Positions 17,811-26,416 of a DNA stretch of 64,000 bases are shown piece by piece (the stretch's first letter is position 1; each line of letters opens with the position of its first letter). Origin of the DNA: Candidatus Latescibacterota bacterium (GTDB lineage: Bacteria; Latescibacterota; UBA2968); NCBI GenBank assembly GCA_965208125.1, contig OZ242320.1, positions 2,432,001 to 2,496,000 on the forward strand, written 5' to 3'. Both the position numbers and the translations under genes were made by a program. The notes below the pieces were generated by a model. It was given only the letters and a program-made list of their open reading frames with translations. It ran no database searches and was not told where the DNA came from.

Positions 17811-19283
17811 ATGTCAAAACCCAATATTGTTTTTATATATTCAGATCAGCATCGCGGCGATGCGGTGGGGTGCGCGGGGCATCCGGTGATCAAAACACCA
17901 CATCTGGATCGTCTGGGGTCCGAAGGGGTGGTGTTTAGCCAGTGTTATACCAATGGGCCGATTTGTATGCCTGCGCGAGCGACGATGATGACGGGGCAGT
18001 ATGTGCGGGAACACGGTGTCTGGCAGAATATTGTTGAGGCCGATCAGCGCGGTCCCAGTCATGTGCGAAATGTGCGCGATGCTGGCTATCATACTGCCCT
18101 GGTGGGCAAGACCCACTTATATACGCATACAGGCGGAACAAAAAGTCAGGAAAAGACGGCAATATTGGAAAATTGGGGGTTTGTAGATATTCAAGAGATG
18201 CACGGTCCACACGCGTCGGGGGTGAACAAATCGCAGTATTCGGATTATCTCGAAGAATTGGGTTTGTGGGAGACGCATCGAGACTATGTGGTCAGGTCAA
18301 AGACGCGCCTGGAAGAGGGCAGAGCACGAGCGTGGGAAGATCCACCCTGTCCATTGCCTTCTGAATGTCATCTGGACAGTTATACCGGGCGTACGGCCGC
18401 AGAATGGGTGCGCGATTACGATGGGGACAAACCGTTCTATCTGCAGGTGCTGTTTCCGGGTCCGCACAATCCCTTTGATTCGCCGCAGGAGTATCGCGAT
18501 ATGTACAGTATGGATGATATTCCTGTGGGTATTATGGATCTGCCCAAAGAACCGTATCCCAAGTATATCGTGCGGTCGCTCTTTCGCGCTGGCGATGCCA
18601 AAACGATGACCGAAGAAGAGAAGAAACAACTGGTTATCAATTATTATGCAAAAATTACATTGATCGACAATGCAATCGGGGGTATTATTGCAGCGCTCGA
18701 GGCAAAGGGCATGTTGGACAATACCTGGATTATTTACAGTTCGGATCACGGTGAGATGGCTGGGGATCATCGGTTGAGCCACAAAGGGGTTTTTTACGAT
18801 ATGGCTGTACGGGTGCCTCTGGTTGTGCGTCCTCCGGGGGGACAGGCGGGGTGGACGTCTGAAGGATTGACGGATTGCCTGAATATCACGGCTACGGTTT
18901 TAGATGTTGCAGGGGCAGAGTCTTTGGAAAATAGCGATGGGGTTTCTTTTGTATCGCAGGTGTTGGCAGGGCCGGATGCCGATGGTGCGCAAAAGGGCAA
19001 AGACGCTGTGTTTAGTGAAGTCGATGGGTTTACGATGGTTTTTGATGGGCGATACAAGCTGGTGGTCGAGTCCGTGTCTGAGAAGCCGGTTGAGATGTAC
19101 GATTGTCAAAATGATCCTGAGGAACTAAATAATGTTTTTGAGGATCCGGATCTGGAATCTGTGCGGCGAGATTTGATCGATACACACTTGAGCGCGATCA
19201 GAGATCGATTGGATCGAGAGAAGCTCGAGAGTTATCGGGCGATTCCGGCAAAGACGTATTCTCCACTAGATACAAAATCCTGA
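17811..19283 (+). CDS. Sulfatase
   Basis: PNIVFIYSDQHR, CMPARATMMTG, GKTHL, SDHGEM. Confidence 0.92.
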   Translation: MSKPNIVFIYSDQHRGDAVGCAGHPVIKTPHLDRLGSEGVVFSQCYTNGPICMPARATMMTGQYVREHGVWQNIVEADQRGPSHVRNVRDAGYHTALVGKTHLYTHTGGTKSQEKTAILENWGFVDIQEMHGPHASGVNKSQYSDYLEELGLWETHRDYVVRSKTRLEEGRARAWEDPPCPLPSECHLDSYTGRTAAEWVRDYDGDKPFYLQVLFPGPHNPFDSPQEYRDMYSMDDIPVGIMDLPKEPYPKYIVRSLFRAGDAKTMTEEEKKQLVINYYAKITLIDNAIGGIIAALEAKGMLDNTWIIYSSDHGEMAGDHRLSHKGVFYDMAVRVPLVVRPPGGQAGWTSEGLTDCLNITATVLDVAGAESLENSDGVSFVSQVLAGPDADGAQKGKDAVFSEVDGFTMVFDGRYKLVVESVSEKPVEMYDCQNDPEELNNVFEDPDLESVRRDLIDTHLSAIRDRLDREKLESYRAIPAKTYSPLDTKS

Positions 19284-19481
19284 ATGTAAGACTAAAAACA
19301 CGATATACGACGGTATAATGAGTTTATAAAGCGTTTTGGATGGGACCAGATGTGCAATATTTTAGGACAAATATTTGTTTCAAAGTATGGAAATCTTGTT
19401 TAAAAACGCATATATTCTGTCAGATGACTAACGTGATGCGACCCTATGCGCGACTTCTTGACGATTTAGGAAAAATAAACA

Positions 19482-19733
19482 ATGGATGAAAAAAAACTCC
19501 TGAAACGAATTACGATCAACCCGAAGATCTTTGGGGGTAAGCCTATTGTTCGAGGACGTCGGCTTGCCGTTGAACATGTCCTTGGCATGCTCGCAGCAGG
19601 AGATACCCCTGAGGTGTTGCTTAAAGGGTATCCTTGGCTGACACATGAAGATATTCAAGCCTGCCTCCTGTATGCCCGAAAGGTGATTGGGCACGAGCGT
19701 GTTGAACCGATGATTCTGGAATCCGGTTCATGA
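19482..19733 (+). CDS. DUF433-family protein (putative antitoxin)
   Basis: RITINPKIFGGKPIVRGRRLAVEHVL..L......LL..YP.L...DIQACLLYA. Confidence 0.9.
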   Translation: MDEKKLLKRITINPKIFGGKPIVRGRRLAVEHVLGMLAAGDTPEVLLKGYPWLTHEDIQACLLYARKVIGHERVEPMILESGS

Positions 19734-19741
19734 GGGGCTTT

Positions 19742-20530
19742 ATGGACGCGATTCAAGTTGCCGATAGTATTACAAAGCTCGGCTCACAGTCGCGGGGAAC
19801 GGTTCTTGTTGCCGCTTCTCACGGGGGGCGGTACTGCGGGTATCTCGCAGCATTGGCTGGTCTTCGGGGCGTTATTTTTAACGATGCAGGCGTTGGGAAA
19901 GATAATGCGGGGATTGGGTCGCTCGATTATTTGCAAGGTCTCGGGCTCGCGGCTGCCGCGATTGCACATTCGTCTGCGCGCATTGGAGATGGGGCAGATA
20001 TGCTCAAGCGCGGGCGCATTAGTTTTTGCAATGAGATGGCCGGTGCGCTCGGCTGTGAAGAAGGGCAGATGTGCCGAGAGGCGGCTGAAGTTTTGTGTAA
20101 TGGCATACCCTTTGAAGGGGATGTACCGGGCTACGAGGAATCGCGCTCTGTGTTGCAAGAGGTGCCTGTTCTTACGATTGCCTGTGATTCTGCTTCACTC
20201 GTTACGCCGGAGGATGCAGGTGCGTTTATTATTACGGGGTCGCACGGTGGAGTGATTGCGGGCAGGCCCGATTATGGTATTGCTGCAGAGGCGAGGGGCG
20301 CGGTGTTTAACGATGCGGGAGTCGGTATTGATCGGGCGGGTGTTCGGCGTCTTGAGATTCTGGATCGCGCCGGTATTCCCGCGGGGACAGTGGATGCGAT
20401 GACCGCCTGTATCGGCGATGCGGTTTCTGCATGGGAGAGCGGTGTTCTGTCGTACGTCAATTTACAGGCGGAGAGATGCGGTGTTAAAGCGGGGATGACG
20501 GTTCCGGAGTTTGGGGAAAGGCTCGTATAA
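19742..20530 (+). CDS. Conserved hypothetical protein with two tandem SHGG/NDAGVG domains
   Basis: Internal duplication ASHGG...FNDAGVGKDNAG...ARIGD / GSHGG...FNDAGVGIDRAG...ACIGD; start 19730 or 19742. Confidence 0.6.
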   Translation: MDAIQVADSITKLGSQSRGTVLVAASHGGRYCGYLAALAGLRGVIFNDAGVGKDNAGIGSLDYLQGLGLAAAAIAHSSARIGDGADMLKRGRISFCNEMAGALGCEEGQMCREAAEVLCNGIPFEGDVPGYEESRSVLQEVPVLTIACDSASLVTPEDAGAFIITGSHGGVIAGRPDYGIAAEARGAVFNDAGVGIDRAGVRRLEILDRAGIPAGTVDAMTACIGDAVSAWESGVLSYVNLQAERCGVKAGMTVPEFGERLV

Positions 20531-20546
20531 AACCCCACCACCCAAC

Positions 20547-20574
20547 GGGCGGGCACGGGGGCACCGCCCCTACA
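20547..20574. repeat. GTAG-type REP-like palindrome
   Basis: GGGCGGGCACGGGGGCACCGCCCCTAC; related to the elements at 47838 and 54544. Confidence 0.55.
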
Positions 20575-20599
20575 TTATGTATTTGGATACGGAGTTTTT

Positions 20600-22330
20600 A
20601 TGTCTTCAGTTGTACACATGAATGGCGGGCAGGCGCTCGCTGAGATGTTTCGCCTTCACAATCCGGCGCCTATGTTCGGCATGGGGGGCTTTCAACTTTT
20701 GCCCTTTTACGATGCTGTGCGCGAGTTGGGGCTTTCACATACGTTGATCAATGATGAGCGGTGTGGTATTTTTGCCGCGGATGCTTGGGCGCGCGTGACT
20801 GGGCGTCCCGGTATATGCGATGGGACGCTCGGTCCCGGGGCGACGAATCTGGTTACAGGCCTGGTGGAGTCTCTCAATGCGGGTGTTCCGCTTATTGTTG
20901 TTGTGGGTAATAGCAATCGCGAGCATTCGTGGAAGAATATGACGCAGGAGGCGCGTCAGACGGAGATTCTGGCGCCAGCGGCTAAAGCGCTTATTCGGAT
21001 CGAGAGCGGCAATCGCATTCCCGAGCTTGTGCGACGCGCGTACGCTGTTGCCACGTCCGGGCGCCCGGGACCTGTTGTGCTGGATGTTCCCGAGGATATT
21101 GCACATGGGGAGTATGATTATTCCAAATCGGATTTTTTTGTGGATCCAGAGACGCTGCGTATTCCCGCACAGCGTTCGCGCCCGGGGCGAGACGCGGTTG
21201 CACGCGCGGTGGCGTGTTTGCGCGATGCCCGGCGGCCGATTATTCTCGCTGGCGGTGGTGTCCATCTTTCTGGGGCGTATTGCGAACTGCAGAGTTTTGC
21301 CGAGGCGTTTGGTATTCCAGTTGCGCAAACGCTGAGTGGCAAGGGTGCGATTCCCTGCGTCCATCCACTTAGCGTGGGGCTGTTCGGGCGCTGGTCGCGG
21401 ATTGCCAATGATTTGATTGCGTCTGCAGATTGTATTCTGTCGGTTGGATGCAAGATGGGCGAGATTGCCACGAAACGCTATGATTTGATTCCGCGCGGTG
21501 TGCCTTTTATTCATCTCGATATTGTGGCTGAGGAAATTGGGCGTACGACGCCTGCTACCGTTTCACTCTGGGGCGATGCGGCTGAGGGTTTGCGCGATCT
21601 TCGGGATAGTTTGTTTCCCGACCGGGTGGCGATACAGGAGATGCGCGCGGGCTATTTGACCGAGGTCTCAGAGCGGATGGTTGCCTGGCGAGCCGAGGCA
21701 GAGCCGCGTTATGCGTCTGATGAGAGACCCGTCAATATGGCGCGGGTGGTGCGCGAGTTGCAAAACGCGATGCCCGAAGACGGTATTCTCGTTGTGGATG
21801 GTGGGTTTGCCGCGCATTGGACTGGTTTGCTCTACGATTCAACCCGGTCTGGGCGCACGTATATTGCCAATCGAGGATTTGCATCGATCGGTTACGGGCT
21901 GCCGGGTACGATGGGCGCGCAACTCGCAGCGGGCGATTCTCCCGTTGTTGGTCTGACGGGAGATGCGGGGTTTAATATGGTGCTCGGCGAATTGGAGACA
22001 GCCCGGCGCCTTGAGCTTGGGTTTACGCTGGCGATTGTGAACAATGCGGCTTCGGGCTATGTCAAAGCTCTTCAGCACAATATGTATGAGGGGCGCTATC
22101 AGTCGAGTGATTTGAGCGAGACGGATTATGCCGATACAGCCCGCGCACTCGGTTGTCAGGGTATTCGCGTAGATGATCCCGGGGCATTGCAAGATGCTTT
22201 TGCCGAGGGTATTGCCGATCGCGATATTCCTACGATTATCGATGTTATTGTTACGAGAGATCCATCAAAAATGTTGCCGGGCGTTGATAGCCGAACAGCG
22301 CCGGTTAAAAAGGGCGATAGGCCCGCGTAG
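20600..22330 (+). CDS. Thiamine pyrophosphate-binding enzyme, acetolactate synthase-like
   Basis: NDER..FAADAWARVTG, GPGATNL, SGRPGPVVLDVP, GDAGF...NN TPP motif. Confidence 0.9.
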   Translation: MSSVVHMNGGQALAEMFRLHNPAPMFGMGGFQLLPFYDAVRELGLSHTLINDERCGIFAADAWARVTGRPGICDGTLGPGATNLVTGLVESLNAGVPLIVVVGNSNREHSWKNMTQEARQTEILAPAAKALIRIESGNRIPELVRRAYAVATSGRPGPVVLDVPEDIAHGEYDYSKSDFFVDPETLRIPAQRSRPGRDAVARAVACLRDARRPIILAGGGVHLSGAYCELQSFAEAFGIPVAQTLSGKGAIPCVHPLSVGLFGRWSRIANDLIASADCILSVGCKMGEIATKRYDLIPRGVPFIHLDIVAEEIGRTTPATVSLWGDAAEGLRDLRDSLFPDRVAIQEMRAGYLTEVSERMVAWRAEAEPRYASDERPVNMARVVRELQNAMPEDGILVVDGGFAAHWTGLLYDSTRSGRTYIANRGFASIGYGLPGTMGAQLAAGDSPVVGLTGDAGFNMVLGELETARRLELGFTLAIVNNAASGYVKALQHNMYEGRYQSSDLSETDYADTARALGCQGIRVDDPGALQDAFAEGIADRDIPTIIDVIVTRDPSKMLPGVDSRTAPVKKGDRPA

Positions 22331-22343
22331 TGGAGATTATCTT

Positions 22344-23309
22344 ATGGCTCTTACACAAGAGAAACAACGCGAGATGCTGCGGATTATGCAAACGATCCGG
22401 CGCTTTGAAGAGCGCGCGTCTGATGATTATCGCGCAGGGGATATTTACGGCGTGGTCCATTGCTATATCGGCGAAGAAGCCGTTGCTACGGGTGTCTGTG
22501 CCGCGCTCAATCCGGATGATCAGATTATCAGTACGCACCGGGGGCACGGGCATTGTATTGCCAAGGGCGCGGATTTGAAGCGTATGATGGCTGAGCTTTA
22601 CGGGCGGGAGACGGGGTATTGTAAGGGCAAAGGGGGATCGATGCATATTGCCGATTTTAGTATTGGGATGCTGGGTGCTAATGGCATTGTCGCAGGTGGC
22701 ATACCCATTGTTACGGGTGCTGGCCTGGCCGCACAGCTCGAGGGTAAGGGCCGCGTTGCGGTTTCGTTTTTTGGCGATGGGGCGTCAAATGCAGGTCCGT
22801 TTCACGAGTCGATCAATATCGCAGCGGCGTGGAAGTTGCCTATGATTTATGTTTGCGAGAATAATCTTTATGCGGCGAGCACTCCGGCGGCGAGTACGCT
22901 GGCATATCGCGATGTTGCCGCGCGTGCCGCGGGATACGATATTCCGGGCGTGGTTGTGGATGGGAATGATGTGATGGCGGTTTATGGTGCGACGCAGGAG
23001 GCTGTTGATCGCGCGCGCAATGGCGAGGGTCCCTCGCTGATTGAGTGCAAGACTTATCGCTGGCGGGGGCATACGGAGAGGGTTGGGGGGGCTGATCCAA
23101 GGCCGCAGCGCGAGATCCGCGCATGGAAGGAGCGAGATCCGATTGAGCGATTTGTCGCGGGTCTGATGGATCAGGGCTGTATTACTCAGGAGGCGTGGCA
23201 AGAGATGGATGAAGAAATTCTCGCGGAGATTGAAGATGCGGTGCAATTTGCCATAGAGAGTCCATTTCCAGATTTAGAAGCAGCAGTCGAGGATGTTTTT
23301 GCCGAGTGA
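22344..23309 (+). CDS. 2-oxoacid/acetoin dehydrogenase E1 alpha subunit
   Basis: GEEA, STHRGHGH, GKGGSMH, GDGA...ENN, TYRWRGH. Confidence 0.92.
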   Translation: MALTQEKQREMLRIMQTIRRFEERASDDYRAGDIYGVVHCYIGEEAVATGVCAALNPDDQIISTHRGHGHCIAKGADLKRMMAELYGRETGYCKGKGGSMHIADFSIGMLGANGIVAGGIPIVTGAGLAAQLEGKGRVAVSFFGDGASNAGPFHESINIAAAWKLPMIYVCENNLYAASTPAASTLAYRDVAARAAGYDIPGVVVDGNDVMAVYGATQEAVDRARNGEGPSLIECKTYRWRGHTERVGGADPRPQREIRAWKERDPIERFVAGLMDQGCITQEAWQEMDEEILAEIEDAVQFAIESPFPDLEAAVEDVFAE

Positions 23310-23325
23310 TTCCGAGGATAATACG

Positions 23326-24282
23326 ATGAGAAAAATCTCTTATGCACAGGCCGGGATGGAAGCCCTTGTAGAAGAAATGAGGCGCGATCCTACGACGTTT
23401 CATCTGTCAACCGATGCGCCCGATGCGCTCGTCGAAGAGTTTGGGTCTGAGCGCGTGCGCGCTACGCCGATTGCCGAGGGCGCGCTTACCGGGATTGCTG
23501 TTGGCGCTGCGGGGTCTGGCTTCCGTCCGATTATTAACTGGAGTATGGTTACGTTTTCTTTTGTGGCGATGGACCAGATTGTGAATCAGGCAGCCAAGAT
23601 TCACTATATGTTCGGGGGGCAGGTGAAATTCCCGATTACTTTCCGCACGTCGGTCGGTGGCGGCAGGCGGGTTGCGGCGCAGCATTCGCAGAGTCCGTAT
23701 TCGATGTTTATGAATCTGGCGGGGTTGAAGATGATTTTGCCTTCGACGCCTTATGATATGAAGGGGCTTCTCAAGACTGTTATTCGGGATGATAATCCCG
23801 TCATTTCTTTTGAGTCCAATCGTCTCATGGGTGTTGCAGGTGAAGTCCCAGAAGAGCCTTATACTCTGCCGCTGGGCAAGGCGGATATCAAGCGCGAGGG
23901 TACAGATATCACTATTGTCGCGCTGGCATGGCTGGTACACGAAGCGCTGGCGGCTGCTGAGGTGCTGGATAAGGAGGGGGTTTCCGTTGAGGTACTGGAT
24001 CCGCGTACGCTGGTTCCGCTTGATTGCGATGCTATTCGCGCGTCTGTGCAAAAGACCGGGCGGCTGGTTATTGCAGACGAGGCGGGTCCCACAGCGGGTG
24101 CCTCAGCCGAGATAGCTGCTGTCGCGACCGAAGATGCGGAGACTTTTGCAAAGATGAAAGCGCCCGTCAAACGCGTCTGCGCCCTCCATGTGCCCATTCC
24201 GTACACGCCCCAGTTGGAAGATCACGTATTTCCAGATCGGGATAATATTATTGCAGGTGTTAGGGAAGTGATGGATGTCTGA
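23326..24282 (+). CDS. 2-oxoacid/acetoin dehydrogenase E1 beta subunit
   Basis: TPIAE, AMDQIVNQAAK, AAQHSQS, REGTDITIV, DPRTLVPLD. Confidence 0.9.
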   Translation: MRKISYAQAGMEALVEEMRRDPTTFHLSTDAPDALVEEFGSERVRATPIAEGALTGIAVGAAGSGFRPIINWSMVTFSFVAMDQIVNQAAKIHYMFGGQVKFPITFRTSVGGGRRVAAQHSQSPYSMFMNLAGLKMILPSTPYDMKGLLKTVIRDDNPVISFESNRLMGVAGEVPEEPYTLPLGKADIKREGTDITIVALAWLVHEALAAAEVLDKEGVSVEVLDPRTLVPLDCDAIRASVQKTGRLVIADEAGPTAGASAEIAAVATEDAETFAKMKAPVKRVCALHVPIPYTPQLEDHVFPDRDNIIAGVREVMDV

Positions 24283-24366
24283 TAAAAGAATCAAGACTTG
24301 AATTTTTTACCAGCATAGATATCTGGCGATAACCTATCACCCTACCGGAGTTTTTTTTAAGGCGCT

Positions 24367-26019
24367 ATGATCGTTTCCATAGACAAACTTCAAACCTGGA
24401 TGGACGCCAGGGAAGATGAACATCTGGAGTTCAAAGAGGCAAAGAAAAATTTCCACTTTGAGTCCCTGGTAAAGTACTGTGTCGCCCTCGCCAATGAAGG
24501 CGGTGGAAGGATGATTCTGGGCGTAACGGATAAACTACCGCGTAAAGTGGTTGGCAGCCAGGTTTTTCCAGATCTCGAAAAGACAAAGGCCGACCTGATC
24601 GAAAGGTTACGGCTTCGCATGGATGTCGAGGAGATTTCGCATCCAGACGGCCGGGTTCTGGTTTTTCAGATTCCCTCTCGACCAATCGGTATGCCTGTGC
24701 AGTATAAAGGTGCGTATTGGATGCGTGGAGGTGAAAATCTTATTCCAATGACCCCCGACTTGCTCCAACGCATTTTTGCCGAGTCTGGTCCCGATTTCTC
24801 GGCGGAGATTTGTACGTCTGCCCAATTGGGAGATCTCGATCCAAATGCTGTGGAGGTTTTGCGCCAACTCTGGCAGTCTAAGTCGCCGGATCAGGACATA
24901 TCGGGCCGTCCGATAGAGCAACTCTTGTCAGATGCCGAGTTGGTCGTCGATGGTCAGGTGACTTACGCGGCATTGATTCTTCTTGGCAAGCGGAAAGCTC
25001 TGGGCAAATATCTTGCCCAATCGGAGGTCGTCTTTGAGTACCGATCGAATGAAGCACCGGGACCAGCAGCGGAACGACATGAGTTCCGGCAGGGATTCCT
25101 CTTAGTACTCGACGAAATCTGGCGGCTTATTAATCTGCGTAATGACCGACAATCGTTCCAGCAAGGACTCTTTGTGTGGGATGTGCCTACTTTCAATGAG
25201 CGCGTAGTGCGCGAGGCTGTCTTGAATGCGGTGAGTCACCGCGATTATCGCCAAGGAGGATCGGTCTTCATTCGACAGTATCCTCGGCGTATTGAGATTG
25301 TTAGCCCTGGTGGCTTTCCGCCCGGTATCACACCTGACAATATCCTTCGGCAACAAAATCCGCGCAATCGTCGTATTGCCGAAGCTCTCAGCAAATGCGG
25401 ATTGGTCGAACGCGCCGGACAAGGATTTGACTTTATCTTTAGCGAGAGCATCCGACAGAGTAAACCTTTACCTGACTTTTCCCATACAGATGCTTACTCC
25501 GTATCGCTCACACTTCACGGCGAGATTCAAGATCCCGAGTTTCTGCGTTTTCTGGAAGAGATTGGTCAAGAAAGAGTGACAGCATTCGGTATCAACGATT
25601 TTTTGGTGGTCGATCTCGTCCATCGCGAGCAGCCTGTTCCTGACGATTTACAATCAAGGGTTAGTCATCTGCTGGAACAGGGAATCATTGAGCGCGTGGG
25701 ACGCGGACGGGGTGTGCGGCTCATGCTCTCCCGGCGGTTCTATCGGCATATTGGTAAGCCGGGGACTTATACACGTAAGCGTGGATTGGACCGCGAAACA
25801 AATAAGGAGTTGCTGCTAAAGCACATTCGAGATAACCGGAAAGAAGGAAGTCAGTTAAAGGAACTCGTTCAAGTGTTGCCATCCCTGTCGTACGTCCAGG
25901 TTCAGAAATTACTTCAAGATTTGAGAATTAAGGGACAAATCCACAAAGTAGGGAACACTAAAGCCGCTCGTTGGTACCCGGGAATCTCTCCATCTGGAAT
26001 TATGCCTAAAAATAAATAA
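24367..26019 (+). CDS. AlbA_2/Schlafen-like domain plus RecG C-terminal (HATPase-like) and wHTH protein
   Basis: EDEHLEFKEA, ALANEGGG.MILGV, REAVLNAVSHRDY, SPGGF, PRNRRIA, VERAGQG. Confidence 0.85.
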   Translation: MIVSIDKLQTWMDAREDEHLEFKEAKKNFHFESLVKYCVALANEGGGRMILGVTDKLPRKVVGSQVFPDLEKTKADLIERLRLRMDVEEISHPDGRVLVFQIPSRPIGMPVQYKGAYWMRGGENLIPMTPDLLQRIFAESGPDFSAEICTSAQLGDLDPNAVEVLRQLWQSKSPDQDISGRPIEQLLSDAELVVDGQVTYAALILLGKRKALGKYLAQSEVVFEYRSNEAPGPAAERHEFRQGFLLVLDEIWRLINLRNDRQSFQQGLFVWDVPTFNERVVREAVLNAVSHRDYRQGGSVFIRQYPRRIEIVSPGGFPPGITPDNILRQQNPRNRRIAEALSKCGLVERAGQGFDFIFSESIRQSKPLPDFSHTDAYSVSLTLHGEIQDPEFLRFLEEIGQERVTAFGINDFLVVDLVHREQPVPDDLQSRVSHLLEQGIIERVGRGRGVRLMLSRRFYRHIGKPGTYTRKRGLDRETNKELLLKHIRDNRKEGSQLKELVQVLPSLSYVQVQKLLQDLRIKGQIHKVGNTKAARWYPGISPSGIMPKNK

Positions 26020-26100
26020 TAGTACAAAAAGCATAATTTTGGCATAATTATACACAATTAATTTTATAAATGGTTGTTTTTTAATAAGTTTTTTATATAT

Positions 26101-26170
26101 TTTTAAGTGCATTTAAGTGCATTTAAGTGCATTTAAGTGCATTTAAGTGCATTTAAGTGCATTTAAGTGG
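26101..26170. repeat. Seven tandem copies of the 10-bp unit ATTTAAGTGC
   Basis: Read directly; five copies are perfect, the first and last differ by one base. Confidence 0.97.
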
Positions 26171-26242
26171 CGTTACCCCGCTTTAGTGAATATGCGTGAA
26201 GGTTCTACTCAGGCACTGATCGTTTGGGAGGTGGATTCAAAC

Positions 26243-26311
26243 TCTGTTATCGGCTAAAAGGATCAAGTATAAAAATAAAAAACCACGTTTTTCAGGCGTG
26301 GTTTTTTGTTT
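26243..26311. repeat. Copy 1 of a ~65-bp motif containing a bidirectional terminator (other copies at 40938-41008 and 43877-43938)
   Basis: TCTGTTATCGgCTAAAA..GaTCAAGT...TAAAAAACCACGT...GGCGTGGTTTTTTG. Confidence 0.8.
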
Positions 26312-26416
26312 CATATTACGAGCATTTTCTCCTTCAAATTGAAACACAATGCGCCAGTTACGCGACACACTAATCGAATATAACCTACTTGATCTTTAGG
26401 ATGAAGGGAATCTATT

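Noticed and set aside
26101-26170. Possible CRISPR or coding repeat
   Set aside because: The 10-bp units have no spacers and no ORF; kept only as a tandem repeat.
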